Shown: piece after piece, positions 48,840 to 61,759 of the stretch | Layout: every line of letters begins with the position of its first letter | Position numbering within the stretch: the first letter of the stretch is position 1 | Assembly: GCF_001194135.2 (NCBI RefSeq) | Contig: NC_068981.1 | Location: 37,369,940 to 37,433,939, forward strand | Reading direction: 5' to 3' | Length of the DNA stretch: 64,000 bases | DNA from: Octopus bimaculoides | Lineage: Eukaryota | Program-made: the position numbers and the translations under genes | Notes under the pieces: model-generated | Seen by the model: only the letters and a program-made list of their open reading frames with translations | Told to the model about the DNA's origin: nothing | Database searches by the model: none

Positions 48840-49740
48840 ACTTGATAGCTAATATCATTAATATGTTATCTAATCTCTCCTCTTCAAAAGAAATATTTGA
48901 TAAAACAGCCCCCTTCTATAACAATGCCCCAGCTAACAGTGGCTTTAAAGATATCATATACTTCAATTAAAAATATGTAACCTAAAAACAGATCTAGAAA
49001 AATAATATGGTTCACTCCCACTTATTCTCTAAGCATGAAAACTGGCATTGGCAAAAATGTCTGATATTATTAGATAAGCATTTCCCAGTAAACCATAAAT
49101 ACAGGAAGATGTTTTGATAAATGCTTGATAAAAATTTTATACAGTTGCTACCCTAATATGAACGATGTAATTACTTGCAAGTTACACCAAGAGTCCACTC
49201 CAGTTGTAACTGTTGAAATTGTTGATGATTGCCCACTTTATCAGGAATTTTTGATAAACTCAGTTGTTTATGAATTCAAAGTCGCAACGGTACTCTGAAT
49301 TATCATGGTCAGAAAGAAAAATTACGTGAGTTTATGCAAAGGTAATTTTAAAAGACTGTGGAAACCACCAATCTACTTTCTGAGACATAAACAAAGTTAA
49401 ATCCACTAAGTTGGCTAGTCACATATTGGATCGGAAGACTGACTGCACACCACATACTATCAAGTGGAAAGCCATGGAGAAATTTATTTCATGGAAATGG
49501 AACAAAGAGATGCTAGCTGTGCATGGCTGCAAGATCACACATTCTTGTGCGATCTAAGAATTCCATCACACTACTTAATTCCAGATCCAAAATTCTTAGC
49601 AAATGCAAGCACATGGACAAATTTCTTTTGTTGAACTGGAGGACATCACCCTCTCCTAACTGAGTAGCTGCCTTGCAGACTTTGGCCTTCTCCCTGCTGA
49701 ATTATTGTGTTTCCATGCCATGAAATTATTAGTAGCTCTT
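48840..49740 (+). mobile_element. 5'-truncated Penelope-like element (RT thumb, GIY-YIG endonuclease, 3' tail)
   Basis: LSNLSSSKEIFDKTAPFYN, IIWFTPTYS, LDKHFPVNHK, YSCYPNM, CPL, SVVYEFKV, NYVSLCKG, STKLASHI, LLNSRSKILSKCKH. Confidence 0.9.
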
Positions 49741-49989
49741 ATTTAAATACTATGTATATGAAATGATATGCATGTGTGCATGTATGCATACGTGCACGTG
49801 TGCATGTGCACACACACACACAGATACACAAACTCATACACACAAACATGCACATCTAGATACAAAAGCACACATATAGTTACACAAAAAACTCACACAC
49901 ACACACATATAAAGTGCAGGTGTGGTTCTGTGGATCAGAAGATTGTTGAGTGAATTTGGTAGATGGAAAACTGAAAGAAGCCTGTCATA

Positions 49990-50340
49990 TCATCATCGAC
50001 ATCATCAACATAATCATCGTTTAACGTCCGCTTTCCATGCTGGCATGGGTTGGACGGTTTGACTGAAGACTGGCAAGCCAGACTCCAATCTTATCTGGCA
50101 AGGTTTCTACAGTTGGATGCCCTTCCTAATGCCAACCACTCCGAGATTGTAGTGTGTGCTTTTCACCTGTCACTGACACAGGAGCCAGTCATGTGGCACT
50201 GGCATCCACCACACTTAAATGGTGCTTTTTACATGCCACCAGCACAGGAGCTAGTCAGGCAACACTGGCATCGACCATGCTTGAATGGTGCTTTTTACAT
50301 ACAACCAACATGGGATCCAGTCAGGCAGCACTGGCATCAT
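49990..50340 (-). mobile_element. Module C with a 66-bp internal tandem repeat, inserted into a SINE B+E copy (49915-50690)
   Basis: CATCGTTTAACGTCCGCTTTCCATGC start; repeat units at 50181, 50247 and 50313. Confidence 0.85.
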
Positions 50341-51529
50341 GTATACACACACACACACACACATGTGCAGGCATGCGCACACATACACACAAATATACAT
50401 GTGTATATATATATATGGATATGCATGTGTGCAGGTGTGTATATGTTTGTGTGTTCCCTTGTTTAGACATCATCTGATGGATGTAAATGAACATCATTGT
50501 CATGCATGCAAGGCTGTTTATTTCCAGACTTTCATGATAAATATGTTTAGCTTTGAGAAAGTATTACCTGGTTTGGAAAGAAGTGAGGGTTGATAACAAG
50601 AAGGGCATCCAGTCATAGAGAATCTGTCTCAACAAACTTTGTCTGATGCATGCAAGAATGGAAAAATGGATGCTAAATGATGATAATGATGATATATATA
50701 TATATATATAATTTAACATTAACTTTCTTATGAATGAGTTAACACACAAATGTGTTTTTGATAATGGGCTTTAAGATATCAATGCATGTAAGTATTTATA
50801 TATAATGTAGAAATGATAGTTTCAGATGCTACAGTATTTTTCTATATTCAATTATTTCTATGTCAATATTTTTGTAAAAGACCACATAACAAGCTGGCTC
50901 TGTGAAAACTTCACACTACCTATCGCCTAAAAAAACAAATATAAAAAGGAGGAGAGAGAGAATATAAAAAGAAAAATACATATGAAATGAAAAAAAATTG
51001 CCGTTAGCCAATGTCCAAGACAAAAGAAGCATCAAAGTTATCTCATAAATATTGTTGAAAAAAGAAAGAACGAGTTGTCAGTTTGAAGGTAGAATTTCCA
51101 TTATTGTAGTATTAAGAATGATTGCAATACTAAATATAGCTTATTCTTGTCTGGTGATAACAAAAATCAATTATGTTACAAAAACTTAGAGTTTAGTAAT
51201 ATTATGTTATTGTAAACGATAGTTTTGTATATTTTCAAATAACACAACGGTATTCATATCATAAGAAAGATAGTTGTAGAGTTGAAAAACAAATAAATTT
51301 GAATAAAGAAATGTGTCAGCATGAAAACTGATAGGGTCAGGTAAGGATATGGGTTAAAGACTGCTTTCATAAGATTTTTCCATGGCCAATCAAATAGGTA
51401 TAGACCACTCTCACCCAGTATTCAAGTCAGAGTTTGAAATCTTATAAAAAATCTCATTAAGATGACCATGTCGTAGCTTAGTTTGTGGCTGGCTCTGAAC
51501 AAGCAGGTTCAATGACATTTAAGTTGTGA

Positions 51530-51730
51530 GGGTGGTGAGCTGTCAGAATTGTGATTGTGCCAAACAAAATGCTTAACAGAATTTCTTCTGACTTTATGTT
51601 CTGAGTACAAATGCCACTGGGGTTCACTGAGCTTTTCATCGTTTTAGAGTCAATAAGTTGTGCACTAGGGTCCATGTAATTGAATTACCCCCTCCCTCCA
51701 AATTGTTGGCCTTCTGCCAAAATTCAAAAC
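51530..51730 (+). mobile_element. SINE family A
   Basis: GGTGGTGAGCTGTCAGAA...TTCTGAGTACAAATGCC. Confidence 0.75.
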
Positions 51731-51847
51731 CAATGACATTTAAGCTGTTATCAACATTCCTTTTTCAAGAATAATGTACCTGGTTCTACATTCACAAAAT
51801 ACTCTTTTTCATAACATAATAGAGTATGGATTGAAGATTTCTTTTTC

Positions 51848-52067
51848 TGCCGTTGCCAGTACTGCCTGACTGGCCTTCGTGCTGGTGGCACGTAAAAGCA
51901 CACACTATACTCTCAGAGTGGTTGGCATTAGGAAGGGCATCCAGCTGTAGAAACTCTGCCAAATCAGATTGGAGCCTGGTGTAGCCACCTGGTTCACCAG
52001 TCCTCAGTCAAATCGTCCAACCCATACTAGCATAGAAAGCGGACGTTAAACGACGATGATGATGATG
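51848..52067 (+). mobile_element. Young module C copy
   Basis: Near-identical to the copies at 27281 and 60271. Confidence 0.9.
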
Positions 52068-52169
52068 AGAAAGTCATGTTATAACATAGAAGCTCCCTCT
52101 CTGATTTGAAATAATCATGCTCAGTGCATGTTATTACTATAATCTGGATACAGTAAAATCTGAATACAG

Positions 52170-52195
52170 TGTGTATGTGCATGTATATATGTGTA

Positions 52196-52263
<68 letters not shown>

Positions 52264-52958
52264 TATCAATATATACGTATACATATACCGATACACACAC
52301 ACATGCATAAATACAGACATAAATACATAAAAACATGTCTACATACATTCATACATAGGTAAACAGAATTACTTACTGTATCAGTAATATTGCAAACATC
52401 ATTTGCTGTCATACTCTTTATTGAAAAAACATTAAGATGAAATTGCTTTTGGTTTTTAAGACATAAAGGTAGAAATCTTCATATATTTAGTGTACCTCTG
52501 TTCTAATGGCACATCGGTCAGAGTAAACCCAATGTTTCTTGTCAAATTCATTGATTTAGAGAGATATTTCCTCAACAGTCCTGTAGTTGTTGTCTGTTTA
52601 ATGTATGCTGCTGCCTGCAGCAATGTCTGCTATTACAAGATACGTATGGAGGAAAGACACTTCAGAAGTGACATTTATCAATGTTGTTAAATTTCATTTC
52701 CGTTCTCATCTTTATTTCTTAACCAAATTCAAATAAGCACCTCTCTCTCTCTTTCTTTCAGCCTTTCTCTACCACTTTTCCCCACTCTCTCTCTTCCTCT
52801 ATCTACCTCTCTCTGACTCTTGTTCTCTCTCTCTCTGTACGCATTCATTATGTATATATGTGTGTACATGTATTTGTGTATATATTCATATATACAAATA
52901 CACACATATATATGCATATAAGTGTGTGTGTATCTGTGTGTGTATATATATACATATA

Positions 52959-53022
<64 letters not shown>

Positions 53023-53335
53023 CATAGGCACACACACATACATACACAGATACATGCACATACACATACATATACCTGTCAGATTCTCTTGAACCATGCT
53101 ACCCTTGCCAGTAGAGAAGCAGATGTAAAATGATGTAGCTGATGATGACACACATAGATACATACAATAGCACAAGCGTATGCATGTAAGTGTGCGTGTA
53201 TTACATATATGTGTGTGTGTGTGTGCACGTATGCATATTTGTATCTACGCATGTATATATAAGCATGTGAGTGTGAAGGCATATACTAGTGTATATATAT
53301 GTCAGTGTATGCATGTATGTATGTGTATGTATATG

Positions 53336-53375
<40 letters not shown>

Positions 53376-53530
53376 CACACACCCATGTATGCATGTATGT
53401 ATATACACACATACTAACCTACATACCTAAACACAGATATATATATATGCATATACATACATACATATATATATGCATGTGTGTGCGCGCGTGTGTGTGT
53501 GTGTGTGTGCGTGTGTGTTTGTGTATATCA
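52170..53530. repeat. Cluster of (TA)/(TG)/(CT) microsatellites
   Basis: Direct reading. Confidence 0.85.
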
Positions 53531-54134
53531 AGTAATGGAAAATTACCCTGAGAGTGTTTGGTATGAATTATGTAATATACAATAGAAACCAACACATGTA
53601 TTATTGTAGGTGGAAAAACATTATTCAGCTGAGAATATCCCTGCAATTTGAAGAAAGAGCCTCTGTTTAGGCTATTCTATTCTGAATAAAACAGAACCAC
53701 TAGGATAAGTCTTACAATATCAGCTGATCAAAAATTTTGAGAAGTTAAGACAATGCAGTTCAGGAGTGGACATTGCATTTATGTATGTGTATGCATACAC
53801 ACACACACACACACACACGCGCGCACAAATGTTGAACAATGAGAACGAGTGCTTGACACCACAATGGTGGATGACGATTCTTTATTTGTGCATTAAGGCT
53901 ACCTTTGGTTTCATGTTAAGAAAATATCTTAACAATTCTTTAAGCCGATCACATGGAGAAATTGGTCTTCATCTCCACTTTAGAAGGAGTTGAACACCAA
54001 TTTCATTATGTGATCAGCTTGAAAAATTGTTAAGATATTTTCTTAACATGAAACCAATGGTAGCCTTTGTACACAAATAATGTATATTCACATATATATA
54101 CATATAAATGCACATACATACATATATGCTCATA

Positions 54135-54510
54135 TGGGTCAAACAAAATTCGTTGAGGCAGATTTTCAATGGCTGGATGTGTTTCCTGTCATCAACTCAT
54201 ACCAGTTTTCAAGTAAGGCAATATTTCCCTATGACCAGGCATGTTTACACAGAAGATTGTAAATAAAGGACACAGCTTGTGTGATAGTGACACTTGCTTA
54301 CAGCTGTCATGTGATATCAAGGCAGAGAGACAATAACACAGTAGTACATATACAAAACCACACACATATCCATTCATACATGCATGCATACATACATACA
54401 TACATACATGGTAGAATACATTCACCCAAGGTACTACATAATGGGACTGAATCTGGAAGCATGTACTTGGAAAGCAAACTTTTTCTCACAAAGCAATGCT
54501 TGCACCTATT
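54135..54510 (-). mobile_element. SINE B head plus tail E
   Basis: Same arrangement as 37130-37640. Confidence 0.78.
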
Positions 54511-55387
54511 TCATAGTTGTATATATATTATGTTACACTGACTGTGGCTGATCTTTCATATTTTGCTTTATTTAAGAGCTTTCATATTTCCTATATATCT
54601 CATTTGTTTATTCCTTAATAATTGCATACTAAAGTCCCTTTACATTTCAAGACCGTCTCAAACTCATCATCAGAATGAAAAGTAAAATGATAGTTCATGT
54701 TTGTATGCTTTACAGTATTTTTTATAGGTTGGTGGTACTATCAGACAATATTTCTCTATCTAATTTTGTTTCCTGTACACTGTTATATGTTGAAATAGTT
54801 CCTTGTAAAAGCATAATTAGTCAACGAAAATGTGTTATACATATGTGTCAAATGTATGGGTCGTGAAATTTTCAACACACATATTTACATTGAAATTTCT
54901 GTATTGCTGTATTACATTGACTATATCTTGCAAGTTTGTGGCTTTATAATGATAAAGTTTGTCATCGTAGTATTTTTGTAATATTTTATGTAGGAATTCG
55001 TTGGTGTTTTTCATGTGTTGTTTATCTTTCCTACATTTAAGAATGGGATGGTGTTGTGGTCTGAATTCACAATAGAGCTATGTTGGATTATAAACTTAAG
55101 GAAGGAATTACTTTTGAAATCATCTTTAAGTCTATCCATCTGTTCTTCTCTATCCAGCTCAAAGAATATGTCAACAGCACATTTGATGTATATGATGCAC
55201 AAGGTAAATTTTGCAAATATTTTATAGAATTTATGGTAGTAATAGTGTCTTTTGACGTCTATTTTTCAGTGCATGGTGAAGCATATAGCCAAGCCCTTGT
55301 TATAATTATGTATATAATTATAAAATATTTGTAAAATTTACCTATGAGGTTTTTATTTTCGTGCTGACCACCTTTATTATTATGATG

Positions 55388-56255
55388 CACAAGGTGCATT
55401 CAAAAGTATCTGCCATTGGGCATAAGAAAACAATGTTATACATTTCAAAAATTTTATTTAATTACCTTAAAAAAAATCTCCTTTGTAGTTCCCATGCTTC
55501 TCCCAGTGGTTTTACCACTGCTGGAAACACCTCTTGAATTTCTTCCCTTGAATACTATGCAGTTTCCCCATCACTTTTCTCATAATCTCCGCTCATAACT
55601 CAAATCACTTCCAGCATGGTTTTCAGTTTGGGGAAGAGCCAGAAGTCACATGGTGCCAAGCCAAGTGGTGTGTTGTTCTTGACCAGGAAAGCTTGGATTA
55701 TGAGGTGCATTAAAAAAGTAACTGCTTTTATCTATTTGCTGAGACTCTGCATGCACAAATCTGTTAAAATGGAATGTACTTATTCCAACTTCATGAGTAA
55801 TTTCCTAGATTGTTACATGATGGTCTTCCATAACTATTCACCGGATATTTTCAATCAGCTCCTCGTTCCAGCTTGTGGATTGTCTATCTAAGCACACTTC
55901 ACTCTCCACCGAGGTGTGGCCATGTTTGAAGTGGTTGTACCACTCCTTAATCATCGTTAAAAGCTTGCTGAATCTTCTGGATGGTTGGAGCTTGAGTATC
56001 ACCAATCTTTTGGCAAAACTTGATGCAATATTTCTGTTTGATACTTTCAGTGATTTTGCATGGAAGTGAAAATCTGACAAGTGCATACTATATGTCTGTA
56101 CTCTTCAGCGTAACAGCTGGGGACTCATGCAGCCTACTGGTGTGAAAATTTTCTCAATTGTGCAGGGTGGTGTCATCTTCTTTCCAAAGAATTTTGCCCA
56201 TGCAGCATTAGTTTTGGTGGGAAAAAAGTCAAATGCATGTTGAACACATCTCGCA
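55388..56255 (-). mobile_element. Internally deleted mariner element with both TIRs
   Basis: Ends ACAAGGTGCATTCAAAAG and TTGAACACATCTCG. Minus-strand N-terminal HTH peptide IKEWYNHFKHGHTSVESE..DRQSTSWNEELIENIR. Confidence 0.82.
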
Positions 56256-56329
56256 TCTATGTTAAGTAATAAAAAGTAATTTTAATATTAACTGAAAAAA
56301 TACTACAAATATGAGTCTGAGTGGAACAT

Positions 56330-57540
56330 ATGACCTCTCAATCATACTACATCATTTTGTGGACAACGAAATGGAAACTCAGTTGTGCAGACCGAAACTT
56401 TTAAGGATATTTCTTAATATATTAAGAGGTTTTATTGCAGGATGTGTATACATCTTATCTAAATTATAACTGTTGTTTCCATTATTGAAACATTTGAAAA
56501 CATCCAAAGTGGAAATATTGAAAATTTTTGTCAGTTTTGTGTGATGTTTCTTTGGATTCATTTGATGATGAAATGTATTGTGAATAAATTCTTTTTGAAG
56601 AGCCTAGAAAAGAATAGAACTTATTTGAATGCTTTTAGTGATGATTAATTTGAGTTTAATTTTTTACTGTCTAGTGTGGGTTTTCTAGTGTTGATGAAAT
56701 TGCTACCAAATAGCATATTGTTTTATTTTCATTATATATTTTCTTTCCTTCGAAATAACAAACAAATTGTTATCACTTTCACATATAATTTTATCACTAT
56801 TTTCAAGTTCTGCAATTTAAGATTCATGCTACCTTGCTTTTATAAATTCTTTTCTATCTCTGTCTTTATTGCCTTCATTCCTGGATAAGTCACACAGTTT
56901 GTCCTCAATTTTTATTATACTTTTATCACTAGGAATCACAAGAGACTGATAAAGTAATTCGAGTTTAACATTTCAAAGATTTTTTTGTTTTCATCATATG
57001 TTTTTTTTTAGGTGGAAGATTTTGCTGAAATTGAGGTATTTAATTTGATGAAGTCGAAGTGTCTGCTTTGGAACTAACAATTTTTTTCCATTATAAAGAC
57101 TGCTAAGCATCTGAATATTGTTATTCCTAACTTAACGTGAGAGTTAAGTCTGTATATTATTGCTAGATGGTAGATAAGTAAAGGTTTGTTGCATATTTTA
57201 TGCTTTTTGTTTTGTTTAGATATTTCTGTTGATACTTTTTATTTATCCTGCTTCACTATGTTTTGCAACAAGGTTTATTTTAACCTTTAAATGATTGGAA
57301 AGGGTTGCATAAATTTGTGTGCCAACCTAGTAAAAACAAAAGGTATTATTTTCCTTAAGGATAATTTTTGTACTTATTTTCACTTTAGTACAAAAACTAT
57401 AGTAATTGAATGTCTTCCACACAATAAAATTTATGATGGCATTATCAAAAAATGCTAAATAATATACACTTTCCTTTGATGATGGTTGTATCCATGTAAA
57501 TTTTTTAAAACACCCATTGATAATGTCACCCATTTCAGGA
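56330..57540 (-). mobile_element. Highly decayed non-LTR retrotransposon C-terminal half, probably RLE class (R2/NeSL/Utopia-like)
   Basis: Scattered peptides in plausible order (LIYHL, RHF, KIICES, NNMLF..INT..TL, HLDV, IKPLNILRNILKSFG). No intact motif survives. Confidence 0.45.
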
Positions 57541-58375
57541 TTAGACCGATGCTTCTCAAAGTGAGCATTGGGAAATTGTATATAGATACCAGGTGCAAAA
57601 AGGGAACATTAAGGAGCAACTGATACATCTGTACAGTTTTATATTCTTTGTCTCCTATTTAAATATTAACTTTAAAAACATTTTAATGAAATATTATGAT
57701 AAACTGCTTGTTTGCTGCCATCACAAATATAACAATAATGACGACAGCAACAATTAATGTGAATATATAAATGAATAAAAAAATATATATATATATACCA
57801 AGTATGTTTACAGTAAAATGGTACTGCGGTAAGTAGTCCCCTGCATCAAACTAGAACCTAGGTCTAAATTACTCTGGCTGATACTAAGTGTATGTACATT
57901 AAAATAGTGTGGTGGTGATAGGGGCTTGAATAGTAACAAAAAGGCACTAAAAATGCTACCAAACAAAAGAAGTCTTTAGTTTCAGAAGCTTGCAATGTGT
58001 TGAATTAAACGATTGAGGAATGGCAGCAACTTTGAAAATATGTGAATTGAATTAAATTGAACTAGTTCTAGTTCTGCCATTTGCTGGTGAGAGTAAATAT
58101 ATTTTTAAACATATCAAAATATAATTAATCATGGAAATTTCACTAGTTGTCAAAAAAAAAAAAAAAAATGAATTATCATACACATCATGCCTTCATCTAT
58201 TCGATTTTTATACACAGAACATGTGACACATTCATCAATTCATGTGTAAAATCCATGTGCTATTTTCTTGTCTTTAGTTTCATATGCGTAAAACACACAA
58301 AAGCAAAGGTTCTTCTTGTTAATACAGTTTTTAGTGTTGTTGAAATAAAAAAGACTAAATGTTGTTTTCTTTCAG

Positions 58376-58450
58376 AATATGTAGTCCATTGCATAGAAAA
58401 TAGTCTTTTTTAGTTTGTTGGGATTTTGGAATCCCATAAGAAATATCGAT
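58376..58450 (+). other. Candidate 75-nt exon with strong splice sites but stops in all frames
   Basis: tgttgttttctttcag|...ATATCGAT|gtaagt. The phase-1 frame has a single TAG at 58411-58413. Confidence 0.3.
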
Positions 58451-59000
58451 GTAAGTGCCTATAAAAATTCTCCAGTTTTGATCTTTCATTTAATGAGCAG
58501 GTAACTGTAACAGATATTTTTTCTATGAAAAACATGTCCTGGATGTAGTAATATAAGGCAACACGTGTTCTATAATATATCAGTCGATTATGCAATTGTT
58601 AATAATATCATCCTTTGAATTCTAGACATATTTGGAGAGTGGAGTAGTGAGGTATCTTTGTAAGTGTTTTAATATATATACCATTTGTTTCAAGAATTTT
58701 CTTTTCATTGCTTCTATGACTGGAATAAATTCAATAAAAGTTGTCCAATGCTGACATATACAACTTATCTCTACATAATTGCAACAACTCTAAATCTGCT
58801 CTCTCGGCAGGTACAAGGGTTAGCATCTCACATGAAATGAACTTTGAAAAGATATTATTCCACACTATTTAGCAGTATTGAGTACTTTTTTTCACTTTCT
58901 TGGAATTCACACCAGACAAAAACTATAACCAACCAATATGTGAATGTGTGCACTCACATGTGTGTGTATGTGTGTGTGTGTGCATGTATGTGTATATGTT

Positions 59001-59036
<36 letters not shown>

Positions 59037-60270
59037 TACACAGGAATGATTGAGTGGTGAAATAATTTGTTTTTCAGCCATGAACACTTGGGTACCATCA
59101 CACTGTATGCCTACCTTGGGTAAATTTCATTCGTCAAAGCCTGAGATCACCATTAACCCTTATGAGAAAAGCTGAGCTGACAGAAACCATGAAGAAGTCC
59201 ATCAGTTGAACTGTACAAATCTCAGCCTCGTTAAATCTTGTCATGCTTATTCTGTTTGGAAATTAATTTAAGCATATGAATATTTGTGGAATATTCAACC
59301 AGTCTAGATGCAAATTCAATCAGTAGATCGTTCACTTGATTGAGTGACTCATTGTTCATACATAGTTCTTGATGGATGAGTTGATCATACTTACAAATGT
59401 AAATACATGATAACTGTAGATAAGCATATGTCTACAGTGTTGAACAACAAACCTGTAAATGAATTACTTATTTCATATCATCACCACTCTCATTGCTTCA
59501 ATGTCAACAGTTTCACTTCAAATTGGTTAATTGCCCTGATATTTCAAATTAAAAAAAAATCAGGAAAAATCTGAAAATCAAAATTCCTGACATAAATAAT
59601 TTTATGTATGTGCAAATATTTATACAAAATATATTGCACATGTATTTCTGCATGTCTTCAAATTTAAATACCGATATATATTTATTAATACAATATCAAG
59701 ATATGTTTATGAATATAATTTTGAGTAGCTTTAAATAAATGTTTTTCCACTTTATTTAGCAGTACTAATTACTCTATTCATTTAATTGCAATTAACTCAG
59801 TTTGAATTTATTTGAATGTGGTGTGTATACATGATTTTGCATGTGTTTACTGATATATATAAGTATGTATATTTATGTATATGCGTGTGTATATATTTGT
59901 ATGCATGTGTGTGAAATATATTTGTTCTGCAAATTATGTTAAGAACATTTCTAATATTTATGTATGAACAAGTCCTCTGATTAGAGTTAGTATAAAGTCA
60001 CAATAATTTCTGTTTAAATAAAATGCATGATCTACAATCAAACATTATCCAAGAAAATATGCTTCTAATCCTTCTAATCACTTGTATTGATAAAAAAAAA
60101 ATAGTAATAATGTCCCTCAAATTGTGTGTTTCTATTTTGAGAAAGTAAAAAAACACATTGTACAATGTCTGAGATATGCAATGTTTGGAAGGTAAATGGA
60201 TGGTTTTCTTTGGAATAATTTGATCATAGAGCTGCTTATTTGAGAGTGACCTGGAACTATTCAACAACAA

Positions 60271-60545
60271 CATCATCATCATCATCATCATCATCATCGT
60301 TTAACGTCCGCTTTCCATGCTAGCATGGGTTGGATGATTTGACTGAGGACTGGTGAACCAGATGGCTACACCAGGCTCCAATCTGATTTGGCAGAGTTTC
60401 TACAGCTGGATGTCCTTCCTAACGCCGACCACTCCGAGAATGTAGTGGGTGCTTTTACGTGCCACCGGCAGGAAGGTCAGTCAGGCGGTACTGGCAACGG
60501 CCACACTCAAAATGGTGTATTTTACGTGCCACCTGCACAGGCACA
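60271..60545 (-). mobile_element. Young module C copy
   Basis: (CAT)n CGTTTAACGTCCGCTTTCCATGCTAGC... Confidence 0.9.
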
Positions 60546-61119
60546 TAACATACACCAACATCAACAACAAACAAAAATAGCAAGTTTGAAAGTCCTTAAA
60601 TATTTAAACATAAAAGAATATACTTCAAACAAATGTTAAAAACTTGTTAGGAAGCACTTAAGAAAGACCTCTGAATGGTTCTTCATAAAATTGTCATACA
60701 AACTAAAGAGATAGCAAATATACTAGGCATGGGCATCCTTTTTCAAGAAGCAGGCTGTATGAGATATGGTTCATCGTCAGGAAGGCCACACTACTAAAAA
60801 ACATTCAAGGTAATTTTTCATTTGGTATGTCATTAAGAAAGTCACAGTGATACTGCTTGCCCATCACTGATCTATGTAGATTTGCTAGAAATGGCAGTCA
60901 AATTGCCATCAAATTTCTTCCTACGGACATAAAAATGGGAAGACATATATTGCTCTTTAGTGTTAAATCATGAAGTCCCAAAAGGATTTTAGTTATATAT
61001 ACAATGGACTTCTGCATGGTTTCCATTACGAAATTCCACTCGCAATGTACTTGGTCAACCTGAGAGATTAGTAAAAGACACTAGTACAAAGTGTCATAGA
61101 GTAGGATAGAACTGAGAAT

Positions 61120-61295
61120 TATATGATTGTACAGAAAGCTTCTTAACCACACATACTTGTTTTCGTCATTGGATAATGTTTGTCTGAAGAAAAAAAAGAC
61201 AGAATGGTTACTGATGAAATATCTTTGATCATAGGTCTGATCGATCAGGGATGACCTAAGGGTAAACAACAATAACAACAATAACAATAACCCAT
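61120..61295 (+). mobile_element. Module D copy
   Basis: CATTGGATAATG...CTTTGATCATAGGTCTG...TAAACAACAAT. Confidence 0.7.
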
Positions 61296-61759
61296 ATAAC
61301 AATCAACCACAAGAAAATTAAAAGAAAAAGACGAAAACTATCAAAGAGAAAATTCTCTGGAATACTAGGTGAGAAATTCAAACTTCCAATATAATGTGCG
61401 AACAGAAAATATTCTCAAAGGAGTAATTCAGAAATAACTGGTGGACAAAATTGTTCTTAAGATTGTTGGCTAGCTTCAGTCAGTTGCATTTAAGCAATTA
61501 CTCTATGTAAGTTGCAGCCAATCGAATAAATATCCATGATCATGAAACATTGTTCAAGTAATAATTATTTAACCTTCTAAGTATTTTATTGAATTGTTAA
61601 ATCAACTTGGAACAAACCCAATACCACCCACAGTTTCTTAATAAATCTTAGGCCTGAATCCTTTGCATCAAATCACCCCATCCTTCTCTCTCTCTCTCTC
61701 CTTTCTTTTACTTCTGTGTTTCAGCTCACAAACTACTTAAACTTTATACTAAATAATGA

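Noticed and set aside
50181-50340. CRISPR-like or other prokaryotic repeat array
   Set aside because: The units are contiguous with no unique spacers, lie inside a retroposon, and there are no cas genes in this eukaryotic context.
5385-51730. tRNA genes suggested by A/B-box motifs
   Set aside because: These are SINE heads with no complete cloverleaf.
58410-58595. 61-aa minus-strand ORF
   Set aside because: No donor site or homology; the length is within chance expectation.
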